DNA from: an uncultured Chloroflexia bacterium
GTDB taxonomy: Bacteria; Chloroflexota; Anaerolineae; JAAYZQ01
NCBI GenBank assembly: GCA_963700285.1
Contig: CAVOXA010000001.1
Location: forward strand, 1,408,001-1,472,000
Reading direction: 5' to 3'
Length of the DNA: 64,000 bases
Shown: positions 31,743-41,615 of the stretch, in pieces
Numbering within the stretch: position 1 is the stretch's first letter
How the letters are laid out: every line of letters begins with the position of its first letter
Position numbers and translations under genes: made by a program
Notes under the pieces: model-generated
Told to the model about the DNA's origin: nothing
Seen by the model: the letters and a program-made list of their open reading frames with translations, nothing else
Database searches by the model: none

Positions 31743-34700
31743 CTAGTGTGGCTCGATGATCACGTCCTTCCAGAACCACCCCCCTCGGGCCGACACGGGG
31801 AACCTACGCACCCATGGCTTGATCAGAAACGTGTTGCGGGCGTAAAAGAGGGGCCCTACCGCTGCCTCTTCGACCAGTATGCGGTCGGCCTGGCTGTACA
31901 ACTTTATTCGCTGCCGCTGATCGGTGAGCCTCCTGGCCTTCTCGACCAGCTCCTCGTAGGCTGGATTCCGCCAGCCCGTCGGGTTTGTCGCCAAAGCTAC
32001 CCGCAGGAAATTGTCCGGATCGGGATAATCGGCTACCCAACCCCAGGTGAAAAGGCCTGGTGGCTCTCTATCCAGCCTGCCGGCATATGCGCCAAACTCA
32101 ACCACCTCCTCCCTGACCTCTACGCCCAGTTCCTGCTGCCAAGCCTAGGCGCAAGTACTCGCTTGGCTCTTTTTGCACGGTGGCGAGCAGCGTCAAACAG
32201 ACAACGGGAGGGAAGCCGCGACCGCCCGGATAGCCAGCCTCGGCGAGGAGTTTCCGCGCCTCGTCCGGGTCGTATGGGAGCGCGATGCCCGGCGAGTGCC
32301 CGGCCATGTTTGGAGGTACGAACCCACCCGTCGCGGGGAAAACGGTACCGCCCAGGGCTACCCCTGACAGCGTCTCCCGGTCCATGGCCAGGACAAAGGC
32401 CCGGCGCACCCGGACGTCGTCGAAAGGCGGCCGGCTCGTGTTGAAGGATAGATAGTGGGTGTGCAGCCAGGGCTCCGAGACAAACTCTTCAGGGTGCCGT
32501 TGCCGGGTACGGTCCATGTCCGAGGTTGGCAACTCCCAAGGGTGGTAAACATCCAGGTCGCCGGCTTCATACGCCTCCAGTAGCGCTGGAGACGACTCTC
32601 TGGAGAGAAGCAACGAGAGCTCCACCCGCTGCAGGTTGCCCGTCGAGCGTCCGTGGTACGCCGGATTGCGCACCAACACCATCAATTCAGCCGAGGGATG
32701 GGCCTCCAAACGAAAAGGACCGTTGCTCACGAACTTGCCCACCTCCGTCCAGGACTCGCCGTGCGCCTCGATCGCGTGCCGGGGCGCGGGAAAGGTGGCA
32801 GTGCAGTGACAAGCAACTGGAGGAAATGGCCTGTTGGTTCTTCTAGCTCCACCTCCAGGGTGAGGTCGTTCAGGGCGCGGACACCCAACTGATCCGGTTG
32901 GGATGACTTTGCCCTGATGGAAGGTTCTGGCACCCCAAACGTCGTACAACAACTCGGCATTGGGTGACCCGGTCGCCGGATCCAGCACCCGCTTCCAGGC
33001 GTACTCAAAGTCTCTGGCGGTCACCGGCACCCCATCGCTCCAGTACACGTCATCCCGTAAGTGAAAGAGGTAGCGCCTCCCGCCGTCGGATACTTCCCAG
33101 CTCTGGGCCACATCGGGTGCGATGTCCAGATTTGGGTTCTCCGTGAGCAGCCCGCTAAAAAGCTGCTCGTGGATCCAGCCGCCAGCAATGGTAGCCTCCA
33201 TGGCCGGATCCAGGCCATGGCCCCTGTACCAGGCCATCCGGAGGGCGTCGGACGCGGGGGACGACGGGATGTCCGGCGCTGTTTCCACTGCCTGTTGCCA
33301 GAGGGCAAAGCCTTCGTCATGGGCCTGGCGCGACTGCTGGAACTGGAAGGCATTGTGGTAGGCCAGCCCCAGCTTCATCAGCGTCCGGGCCGCTTGTTCG
33401 TCGTTGCCCTGTTCCTTGAGGAGGACCAGAGCGCGTTCGTAGGCATGGATCGCCTCCTGGTGGGCGTACAACCCCCGCGCCCGGTCTCCGGCCTGCACCA
33501 GGTAGTCGACAGCCTCTTGCGTTCGCCCGGCCAGCGCCAGGTGGTCGGCGATCAGGCCGGTGTACTCCTCGACCCGCTCACCGGCCTGCTCCAGCAACCA
33601 GTCGGCCACCAGCCCGTGATAGGCCCGCCGTACCCGCTTCAAGCACGCTTTCGTAGGTTACCTCGCGCAGCAGGGCATGCTTGAAGAGGTACTCCCGGGC
33701 ATCGGCAAAGGCCGAGGTCTCCCGTTGGAAGACCATCTCCCGGCCCCGCAGGGCCGCGAGGCGGTCCATGACCCCGGCTCTGCCGATCCCCTCCTCCGCC
33801 GACGCGTTGATGCGGGCCACGGCCCGATCCCAGAAGAGCCGTCCTACCACCGACGCCTGCTGCAATACCGTCCGTTCCTCCGGCGGCAGGCGGTCCAACC
33901 GGGCCTGGAGGACACCGGTCAGCGTCGGCGGCACGTGCACACCGGCCAGCCGAGAGGGGACCACCTGCCATTGCTCCTCCCCCTTGACGATCACACCATC
34001 CTCGACCAGCATCTTGACCAGTTCTTCGATGAAGAAGGGGTTGCCCTCGGCGCCGGCCACGATCGAGGTCGCGGAGCGTATCGGGCACCTGGTGAACCCG
34101 CTGCAGGATCTCGGCCACCAGCCGCCGGCTGTCCCACTTGGACAGCGGTTCCAGCGCCAGGCGTCGGTGAAAGCCCTGTCCCTCGCCCCAGTGGGGCCGC
34201 CGCTCAAAGAGCTCTGGGCGCGCGGCACCAACGATCATCAGCGGTTGCTCGCATAGGGCAAGCGCCAGGTGGTTGAGGGCATCCAGCGAGCTGTCGTCAG
34301 CCCAGTGCAGGTCCTCCAAGAGGATCAGCAGAGGAAACTGCCGCGCCATAGCCTGAAAATAGCCGGCCAGATGGGCCAGGGCCTGGTCGCGCAACTGTTG
34401 AGGATCGTCCCGCATCTCTGCCAGGTGGGGGCTGTCCCCCAGCTCAAAACCGACGAGGTGCCCGATCAGGTACGCTCGCAGGGCAACTTGCGGCTCCCAG
34501 GTCCCTGTCTTTGTCCCCGCCCAGCGCCGCTCCAACGCCCTCTTCCAGCTTTTCCCGGACACCGGCGGCTGTGTCGCTGTCCTGGATCTGGAAACGGAAG
34601 GCGATCAGGTCCCGGATCAGGCCGTAGGGCTGGTTCTGCATCTCGGCCGAGGCCCGCCCCTTGAAGTAGTAGAACTGCTCCGGCAGCAGCTCGGCCCAGA

Positions 34701-35715
34701 CGTCGAACTCGTGCAGCAGGCGCGACTTGCCCACCCCCGCCTCGCCGCTGATCGTGACCACCTGTAGCTCACGATCCTCTACGGTCGTGTAGAAGGCTTC
34801 CTGCAGGTGCTTCAGCTCCGCTTCGCGGCCCATCATGCGGGTCTCGATGCCCTCCACGCCACGGCCGGGTCGGCGAAACGCTCGCGGCTTGGCCCGCTGG
34901 ACCAGGTAGGTCTGTACCGGCTCGGCCTTGCCCTTGACGGCCAGCGGTTCCTGGGCCAGCACGTCAAACACCCCCTGCACGTGGCGGTAGGTGTCATGGC
35001 TGATCAGGATGCCGCCCGGTGGCGCGTTCTGCTCCATCCGCGCGGCCAGGTTGATGGCGTCGCCCATGGCCGTGTACTCGACCCGCAGGTCCGAGCCCAC
35101 CTCGCCGACCACGACCAGCCCGGTGTTGATGCCGACCCGTACATTGAAGCCGGTGATGCCCCGCTCCCGCTCCAGGCGTGCGGCATACTCCTGACTCCCT
35201 GAAATGATGTCCAGGGCTGCCCGGCAAGCCCGCTCCGGGTCGTCCTCGTGGGCGATCGGCGCCCCAAAGAAGGCCAGCACCGCGTCGCCCATCAGGCGCG
35301 CCAGCGTGCCCTCGTAGCGGTAGACCGGCTCGATGAGCACGTCAAAGGCCCCGTCCATGATCTCCAGCCAGTCCTCTGGGTCCAGTTCCTCTGCCAGTGC
35401 CGTCGAGCCCTTGACGTCGGAGAAGAGGATGGTCACGGTTCGGCGCTCGTGTCCCACCTGACCGCGGGTGGCCAGCAACCGCTCGGCGTACTCTGCGGGC
35501 ACCAGGCGCCGGAGCCGCTCTAGCGCGCTTTCTGTCGGGGGTGTCGGGCGCGTGACCGAATGAGCCTTTACCTCCATCCCGCAGGCAAAACAGAACCTGG
35601 CTTCCGAGGGCAACTCGGTTTTACACTCCGGACATGCCAGAGCAAGTCCGACGCCGCAGCTCAGGCAGAATCTGGCACGCTCGGGGTTTTTGGTACCACA
35701 TTGGGGACAGTTCAT
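31743..35715 (-). CDS. double zinc ribbon-adenylate/guanylate cyclase-STAND ATPase-TPR-SBP family 5 fusion (several frameshifts)
   Basis: CPQC..CLSC..CPEC..CFAC; ILFSDVKGST, MGDAV, GDAINLAAR; GEAGVGKS, LEDLHWAD; GNPFF; FKHALLREVTY; WSDGVPVTARDF, SNGPF, PPFDDVRVRRA, WVADYPDP. Confidence 0.8.
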
Positions 35716-35766
35716 GCGTACCCTCCTTCACTCGACACCAAATGCAAGCAAAGGTACTGTGTGCTG

Positions 35767-37065
35767 CTACAGGTCGATGGTCCTTTGCAGCTTTTTCAGC
35801 GCCTCGTAGGCCGCCGGCCCAACCATGCCCTTCATAGTCCGGGCGCGTAGCGCCCGGTCCAGATCGGCGATGAGATCCTGGGGATCCTCCAGACCTGTAC
35901 TGACGCGCACGATGCCGTCTCCTGTCCACTCTCGGATTGCTGCCTTCTGGGCATCTGTCAGGTAGGCCACGGCATCAATGTACAGATCCGTGGGGTAGTA
36001 AAAGATAAGGCTGCGGGCGTGGCCCAGGGAGGTGGCGTAGGTAAACAAGCGTACCTTCTCTGCCAGAGTGATGGCCGCCCCCAGGCCCTGTTCCAACTGG
36101 AACGTGAGCATGCCACCATAAGCCGACATCTGCCGCTGGGCCAGATCGTGGTGAGGGTGGCTCTCCAGGCCTGGGTAGAAAACACGGCTCACTGCGGGGT
36201 GGTCCTCCAGGAATTGAGCGATGATCATGGCGCTATCGCAGTGGCGGGCCATCCGCAAGGGGAGCGTGGTCAGCCCGCGTGCGATCAGCCAGGCATTGAA
36301 GGGGCTGATCGCCCCGCCCAGATGGACCAGTGCCTCTTTGCGCAGGCGATGGATGCCTTCAGTGGGTCCTACGAGGACACCGCCCAGGGCATCCCCATGG
36401 CCATTCAGGTATTTGGTCGCGCTATGGATGACATAATCCGCTCCCATCGCCAGGGGTCTTTGCAGGCAGGGTCCGGCCCAAGTCGAGTCGATGGCCAGCA
36501 GGGCGTCTGCCTGGTGTGCCATCTTGGCCAATGCTTCAATGTCAGCGATGCGAAGGATGGGGTTTGCAGGGGTTTCGACGTAGACCATTCTGGTTTCCGG
36601 TCTCAGCGCGGCCCGTACCTGCGCTAGATCGCTAGAGTCTACCAGGCTGACCTGGACGCCGTGCTTCGGCATGTGAAGGCCAAATAGCTCCACCGAGCCG
36701 GCATAGCAGACTTCGCTGGCGATCAGGTGGTCTCCGGGCTTCAGGAAGGTGAAGAGTAGGGACGAGACGGCGGCCATGCCTGAGGCCAGTGCCAGTGCGG
36801 CTACCTCCCCTCCTGGCTTTCCAGCGGCCGGCGATTCCAGAGCCGCAATCTTTTTCTCCAGCGCTCGCGTCGTGGGGTTTCCCCAGCGCGCGTAGGCGTA
36901 GGGGGGCTGGGCTGAGTCCATGGTCAGGGCGTCAAAGAGCTTGGAACCAAAACCCGGAAGTTGGTAGGCGGCCGACATATGCAGGGCAGGGGTAAGGGCG
37001 CCCGTGGTCGGGTCGGGTCTTTCACCAGCGTGGATGGCGAGTGTATCAATGGATAGTTCAGGCAT
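35767..37065 (-). CDS. Cys/Met metabolism PLP-dependent lyase (cystathionine gamma-synthase/methionine gamma-lyase family)
   Basis: YARWGNPT, ASGMAA, ETPANP, HSATKYLNGHGD, TSLG, RVSTGLED. Confidence 0.88.
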   Translation of the reverse strand: MPELSIDTLAIHAGERPDPTTGALTPALHMSAAYQLPGFGSKLFDALTMDSAQPPYAYARWGNPTTRALEKKIAALESPAAGKPGGEVAALALASGMAAVSSLLFTFLKPGDHLIASEVCYAGSVELFGLHMPKHGVQVSLVDSSDLAQVRAALRPETRMVYVETPANPILRIADIEALAKMAHQADALLAIDSTWAGPCLQRPLAMGADYVIHSATKYLNGHGDALGGVLVGPTEGIHRLRKEALVHLGGAISPFNAWLIARGLTTLPLRMARHCDSAMIIAQFLEDHPAVSRVFYPGLESHPHHDLAQRQMSAYGGMLTFQLEQGLGAAITLAEKVRLFTYATSLGHARSLIFYYPTDLYIDAVAYLTDAQKAAIREWTGDGIVRVSTGLEDPQDLIADLDRALRARTMKGMVGPAAYEALKKLQRTIDL

Positions 37066-37160
37066 CAAGTCTCCTGTTCCTTCTCCCTCTGATAGGCGAG
37101 AATCTTTGATCGAGTCCGTCCCGCCTTGGTCAGAGACCTCGGCGAACCAAGGGTAGAGCC

Positions 37161-38564
37161 CTAGGCTTCCAGTGTGGCTAGCTCCTCGCGCAACGCCTGG
37201 TGCTGTTCGCGGGTGATGGGATAGCGCCACGCGCAAAAGATGGCCAGAACCAGCAACACGGCGGGCACGGGCCCCATGAACAGGCGGATGGCCGTCACTA
37301 CTTCGGCTGGCTGCTGGGGCAAAGGCTCCCTGGGAGTGGGCGTAACGTACCTGGTAAAGGCCAGGGCCAATCCCATGGCCCAGATGGCAAAGCCGGTGGC
37401 CAGTTTTTGAAAGAAGGAGGCAAAGGCATAAAAGGACCCCTCGCGTCGCTGGCCGGTCTTGACAGCGTCATAGTCGGTGACATCGGGCACCATGGACCAG
37501 GGGACGACGTACGCTGTTGCGATGCCCAAGCCGGCCAGGGCCGCCAGTGCGTAGGCAAGCGCCACCTGATGGGGGCCGAGGGCCGAGATACCAAGTAGCA
37601 CAAGGATCCAGGTCAGTGTGCCGATCACAAAGGCCCGGCGCTTGTCCAGCCGGCGTGCCAGCCAGACGATTATCGGGATAAAGAGGATGGCCGAGCCCTG
37701 GGCAGCGAGCACAAAATAGTTGGCCTGATCGGGCACGCCCAGGTAGTAGTTGGCAAAGTAAACCAGCGCGGCCGCCAGGATGCTAGCCGCCGTCCAACTG
37801 AGCAGATAGAGGCCCATCACCCACCGAAAGGGGCCGTTGCTCAACGTTGCCCTCAGCGCCTCAAGTGGGGACAGTGATTCTGGTAGCTCGTCGGACGGAC
37901 GCTCGCGGGTGACGGCAAAGACGATGAGGGGGGGAAAGATAGCGGCCAGGCCCAAGATCAGGCCAGTGAGCGCATACAGCGCCCGCGAGTCGTTGATGAG
38001 CCAGCCCAGAATTGTCACTAGGATGATGGCGCCTAGGGTACCCGCAATGGAAAAGACCATGCGATAGCCATTGAGTGAACTGCGCTCGTCATAATCCGGT
38101 GTCATCTCTGGGGTCAGGGCATTGTAGCCGACGTGAACGGCAGTAAAGATGGTATCAAAGAAGATGAACGCCAGGGTATAGTAGGCGGTCAGGGCCAGGG
38201 GGCCCCAGGGAGGAACCAGCCACATCATGGCAAAGGACACGCCCAACGGGATGGCCCCAAAAAGCAGGAGCACCCGCCGGCGTCCCCAGGGGCTGCGGAT
38301 CCGGTCGGCCACAATGCCAAACAGGGGGTCATTAACCGCGTCCCAGATACGACCGATGCCTACTGCCCACGCGGCCAGGCCGGGTGGAAGCCCTGCCACG
38401 TCGGTGAGAAAGTAGAGTTGATAGAACATGACGATGGCCAGAGGGATACTCGTACTCAAGTCACCAGTGCTAAAGAGGAGCTTGGTGCGAAGCGCGAGCT
38501 TGTCACGGCCCTGATCTTTGGTTCGTGGTGCATGGCTCGTGGTTTGTGATCCCTCGTTGGTCAT
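37161..38564 (-). CDS. MFS/GPH family (MelB-like) cation symporter
   Basis: RIWDAVNDPLFG..DR...WGRRR, YDERSSL, DVTDYD...GQRREG, YPITR. Confidence 0.88.
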   Translation of the reverse strand: MTNEGSQTTSHAPRTKDQGRDKLALRTKLLFSTGDLSTSIPLAIVMFYQLYFLTDVAGLPPGLAAWAVGIGRIWDAVNDPLFGIVADRIRSPWGRRRVLLLFGAIPLGVSFAMMWLVPPWGPLALTAYYTLAFIFFDTIFTAVHVGYNALTPEMTPDYDERSSLNGYRMVFSIAGTLGAIILVTILGWLINDSRALYALTGLILGLAAIFPPLIVFAVTRERPSDELPESLSPLEALRATLSNGPFRWVMGLYLLSWTAASILAAALVYFANYYLGVPDQANYFVLAAQGSAILFIPIIVWLARRLDKRRAFVIGTLTWILVLLGISALGPHQVALAYALAALAGLGIATAYVVPWSMVPDVTDYDAVKTGQRREGSFYAFASFFQKLATGFAIWAMGLALAFTRYVTPTPREPLPQQPAEVVTAIRLFMGPVPAVLLVLAIFCAWRYPITREQHQALREELATLEA

Positions 38565-38605
38565 TTGTCCACCGCTCGTCGTCTGCCGTCCATCGTCCGT
38601 GGTCC
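38515..38605. repeat. degenerate 7-nt tandem repeat (13 units)
   Basis: tctttgg ttcgtgg tgcatgg ctcgtgg tttgtga tccctcg ttggtca tttgtcc accgctc gtcgtct gccgtcc atcgtcc gtggtcc. Confidence 0.6.
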
Positions 38606-38618
38606 AGATCCTTGCCTA

Positions 38619-40124
38619 CTACAAGGCATCCCAATCCTGCCTATCGTCCATCTCATGGAGGTAAAACTCATCCAGGGGCCGCTCGGCCACCATCTGGCGG
38701 TAGGCGGCCAGTTCCTGTTCCATGGCAGGGTCCAGTTCGCGGGGCTGGTGCTGCTCCAGGACTTTGCGGACGCGATCCTGGGCGTGATCCAGTGCTGACC
38801 GGCTTCCTCGCTCCAACCAGGCCGCATAGGGCTCGCGGGGCAAAAGTTCGGGGATGAAATGCTCCTGCCGGAAGCGGCGCACGGTGTGGGCCTCGGCCAG
38901 GTAGTTGCCTGATGAGCCGATCTTCTGGATCAGGTTCACGGCCAGGGTCCCCTCATCAACCCCGATCCCACGAGCCATGCGCAGGGCTGCCCCACAGAGT
39001 TCATCGTCCAGCATCAGCAGCGCTTCGCTGGCGAGCATTGTGCCGTCGATCGTCCCGCCGCAGGTAACAAAGTTGACGCCGGCCAGTACAGCGGGCAAAA
39101 GCGTAGACGTTCGCTCCAGCCCTGCCTGAAGGTCCTCCAGCTTGGACTCGGTCACCCCACCGACACTGCGACAGGGCAGGCCATAGTAGCGGGCCATCTG
39201 GGCTGCTCCCGCGGTGATGAGCCCCGTTTCCACGGCCCCCAGGGCTACCGTCCCCGTCCTCATGTTGGCGATGGTCGAGACAGTGCCATAGAGCACTGGT
39301 GTGCCCGGCCGGAAGATCTGGGCCAGGGTCACGTGGGCCAGGATGCTGGCGTTCTGCTGGACCAAGAGGCCGGCCAGTGTGGCTGGCGCCGTTGCTCCGG
39401 CGATGGCCTCGGGTGACATGGCCAGGGGCTGGCCATAGTCGGCGCAGATCAAGAGTCCTTCAAGTTGCATCTGGATCATCTGCAGTGGGCTGCCCACGGA
39501 ACAGATGGCAAAGAAACTCGGCCGGCGGCGGGCATGCTCTTTTCCTCCGGCCACGATGGCCATCATGCGCATCATATCCAATGTAGGCAGATAGCCGTAG
39601 CAGCCCATGCCAAAGCTTTTATGGCTGTGGTGCGCCCAGGCCCAGATGGCTTCAGTGTGGATGGTGGTCATGGGCACATCGTTAGGCCAGATGTCCATCT
39701 GGGAATTGTGGATGTGCTGGCAGCCGTTGATGAGCTGGATGTGGCGAACCACGTCGGCCATGGTCGTCTCGCGGCGCAGACCCGTGTCGCTGTCGATGAT
39801 GTGGGTGGGAGTACCCAGCCCGGCAAAACAGATATGGTCGCCACCGATCTCCAGGTAAAAATCAGACAGAGGAGCATCCCTACTGGGTCCCGAACCGTAG
39901 AGACGAAACTGCCGGGGGGCTTGCTCCACGGCCCAGCGTACGAGCTTTTCGGGGATACGCACAGGCCCACCGTCGTCACCGACCTGGGCGCCAGCTTCCC
40001 GAAAGAGGTTTCGGGCAGTATTCCAATCGACCTGGACGCCAACGGTTTGGAGAATCTCCATGGAAGCCGTGTGGATGCGTTCAACTTCCTCGGGGCTCAG
40101 CACTTCAAAGCGGGCCGTCTTCAT
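38619..40124 (-). CDS. trimethylamine methyltransferase (MttB) superfamily protein, non-pyrrolysine
   Basis: IHTASMEIL, SPL, GATAPATLAG, AQMARYYGLP, GGVTESKLEDLQAGLE, GNYLAEAHT; no in-frame TAG. Confidence 0.9.
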   Translation of the reverse strand: MKTARFEVLSPEEVERIHTASMEILQTVGVQVDWNTARNLFREAGAQVGDDGGPVRIPEKLVRWAVEQAPRQFRLYGSGPSRDAPLSDFYLEIGGDHICFAGLGTPTHIIDSDTGLRRETTMADVVRHIQLINGCQHIHNSQMDIWPNDVPMTTIHTEAIWAWAHHSHKSFGMGCYGYLPTLDMMRMMAIVAGGKEHARRRPSFFAICSVGSPLQMIQMQLEGLLICADYGQPLAMSPEAIAGATAPATLAGLLVQQNASILAHVTLAQIFRPGTPVLYGTVSTIANMRTGTVALGAVETGLITAGAAQMARYYGLPCRSVGGVTESKLEDLQAGLERTSTLLPAVLAGVNFVTCGGTIDGTMLASEALLMLDDELCGAALRMARGIGVDEGTLAVNLIQKIGSSGNYLAEAHTVRRFRQEHFIPELLPREPYAAWLERGSRSALDHAQDRVRKVLEQHQPRELDPAMEQELAAYRQMVAERPLDEFYLHEMDDRQDWDAL

Positions 40125-40190
40125 CGTCGCAACTCCTTCTGGCTGCCAGGCCTTGGCATTCTGGGATGGCGGTTTCCTGGGCTAATGCCG

Positions 40191-40219
40191 ATTATACCAT
40201 CAGTTCATGCCTTGTACAA
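40191..40219 (-). promoter_or_regulatory. sigma70-type promoter for the mttB-MFS-lyase operon
   Basis: TTGTAC-17nt-TATAAT with TG extension. Confidence 0.6.
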
Positions 40220-40307
40220 AGCTCCAGGGAGGGGGCTCCAGGATCTGGCAGCCCGCAGGGCAAGATATCAGGCAGCGATACCAAGCTGGAACCTGGGGGC
40301 TGGTATA

Positions 40308-40739
40308 CTAGGATTCTAGCTCGGCTTTTAGCTGGCGCAGGTTCTCTTCAAAGTGGGCTTTGGTCGCGGAGGTGACAAATGGGCGAAGCAACCTGGCAAA
40401 GCCACCCGTGCGCAGCTCGCCGGAAAAGGTAACCCGGGTACGGCCTCTCACCGTCTCGAAGGCGTACTCACCTGAGATGGGGATCATTCCCGAGGTTGTC
40501 TCGAAGGCATACCTGCGATTGGGCACAAAATCCGTGATGACGCCGGTTGTCTCGAACTTGCGGCCGTAGGTCTCAAAGGTATAGCGATACTGGAGTCCGG
40601 TACCAGTAACCCCGTCGGAGATGATCTGCGAGTCGAGCATACCCGTTTGCCACTTGGGCAGTTGGCATTGATCGACCGTGAAGGCAAAAACGATGTCTAC
40701 AGGTCGGTCGATGGTCACGCTTACCGTGATAGGGGCCAT
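40308..40739 (-). CDS. SRPBCC (polyketide cyclase/dehydrase-like) protein
   Basis: SVTIDRPVDIVFAF, PKWQ, PNRR, C-terminal NLRQLKAELE. Confidence 0.8.
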   Translation of the reverse strand: MAPITVSVTIDRPVDIVFAFTVDQCQLPKWQTGMLDSQIISDGVTGTGLQYRYTFETYGRKFETTGVITDFVPNRRYAFETTSGMIPISGEYAFETVRGRTRVTFSGELRTGGFARLLRPFVTSATKAHFEENLRQLKAELES

Positions 40740-40830
40740 GGTGATATTCCTGCGACGTGGGTGACTGCTTGGGCCTCAAATGCTTCGGCCGCTGCAAAGT
40801 GCGTCTGCAGCGCCAATTGGCCGACGTGAC

Positions 40831-41319
40831 CTAGTCTTCGGCGCCAAAGGCGGCCTTCAGTTTGGCCTCATCGTCCCTGGACAGCGAGGTTTGCAGGACC
40901 TTGGCATCGAATTGGGCCAGACCGTCCAGGACTTTGTCTTCGGTCCAATCCTCGACCAACAGGAACAGGGCCGACTGACCTGGTTCAATCGTGTTGCTCA
41001 CCTCTTTGATGAACCTGTCATCCAGGCCGGTGTCGCTCAGTGCGCCGCCCAGAGCGCCGCTGGCCGCGCCGATGGCCAGACCCAGCCACGGCATCCAGAA
41101 TAGCAGACCGATGAACATGCCCCAGAATGCGCCGCCCAGGGCGCCGATCCCGACCAGGCTGGTGGCCTGCTTGACCTTGACCTTGCCGTCTTGTCTGCGC
41201 ACTGCCACCGCAGCATCGGAAAGGGTAATGAGCTGTTGCTTCTGCAGGCCCCCTAGCTCATCGCGCATCTGTTCCGCGCCTTTCTCGTCCTTGAAAGCAA
41301 AAACAACCATCTGGCTCAT
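40831..41319 (-). CDS. DUF1269 family membrane protein
   Basis: DAAV...DGKVK, GALGGAFWG glycine zipper, DDRFI...IEPGQSALFLL, VLQTSL. Confidence 0.85.
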   Translation of the reverse strand: MSQMVVFAFKDEKGAEQMRDELGGLQKQQLITLSDAAVAVRRQDGKVKVKQATSLVGIGALGGAFWGMFIGLLFWMPWLGLAIGAASGALGGALSDTGLDDRFIKEVSNTIEPGQSALFLLVEDWTEDKVLDGLAQFDAKVLQTSLSRDDEAKLKAAFGAED

Positions 41320-41426
41320 CGCGCGCTCCTTTTACCTTGGGTTCGGGTTCCAAGACCCGCCTGCGCAACATGTCCACCTTGCGGTCCCCATTCTAGCGCA
41401 ATTGGGGGCCACGCGCATCAGGCATC

Positions 41427-41482
41427 CGTACAGTTTTCTCCCTGTACATTCGTCCAGTCTTCTTCCTGTATGGACGTACAGG
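41427..41482. promoter_or_regulatory. 24-bp periodic operator-like array upstream of the DUF1269 gene
   Basis: CGT(A/C)CAG at 41427, 41451, 41475 interleaved with CCTGTA at 41441, 41465. Confidence 0.5.
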
Positions 41483-41615
41483 TTGCCTCGGGTCAGTCTG
41501 GAGCTACTGCAGTGCTACGGTGGGTAGGGGAGACCGTGGAACGCTGTGGCTGGCGTTGAGGTAGGTGGGTGGTTCTTCGACCCCATGAACTTGGCTGAGC
41601 GTGGGTGGCGTCATG

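Noticed and set aside
38619-40124. Pyrrolysine-containing trimethylamine methyltransferase
   Set aside because: The ORF is uninterrupted, with no amber codon before the ESK motif.
41427-41482. Mini CRISPR array
   Set aside because: Only about 2.5 degenerate 24-bp units, no unique spacers and no cas genes.
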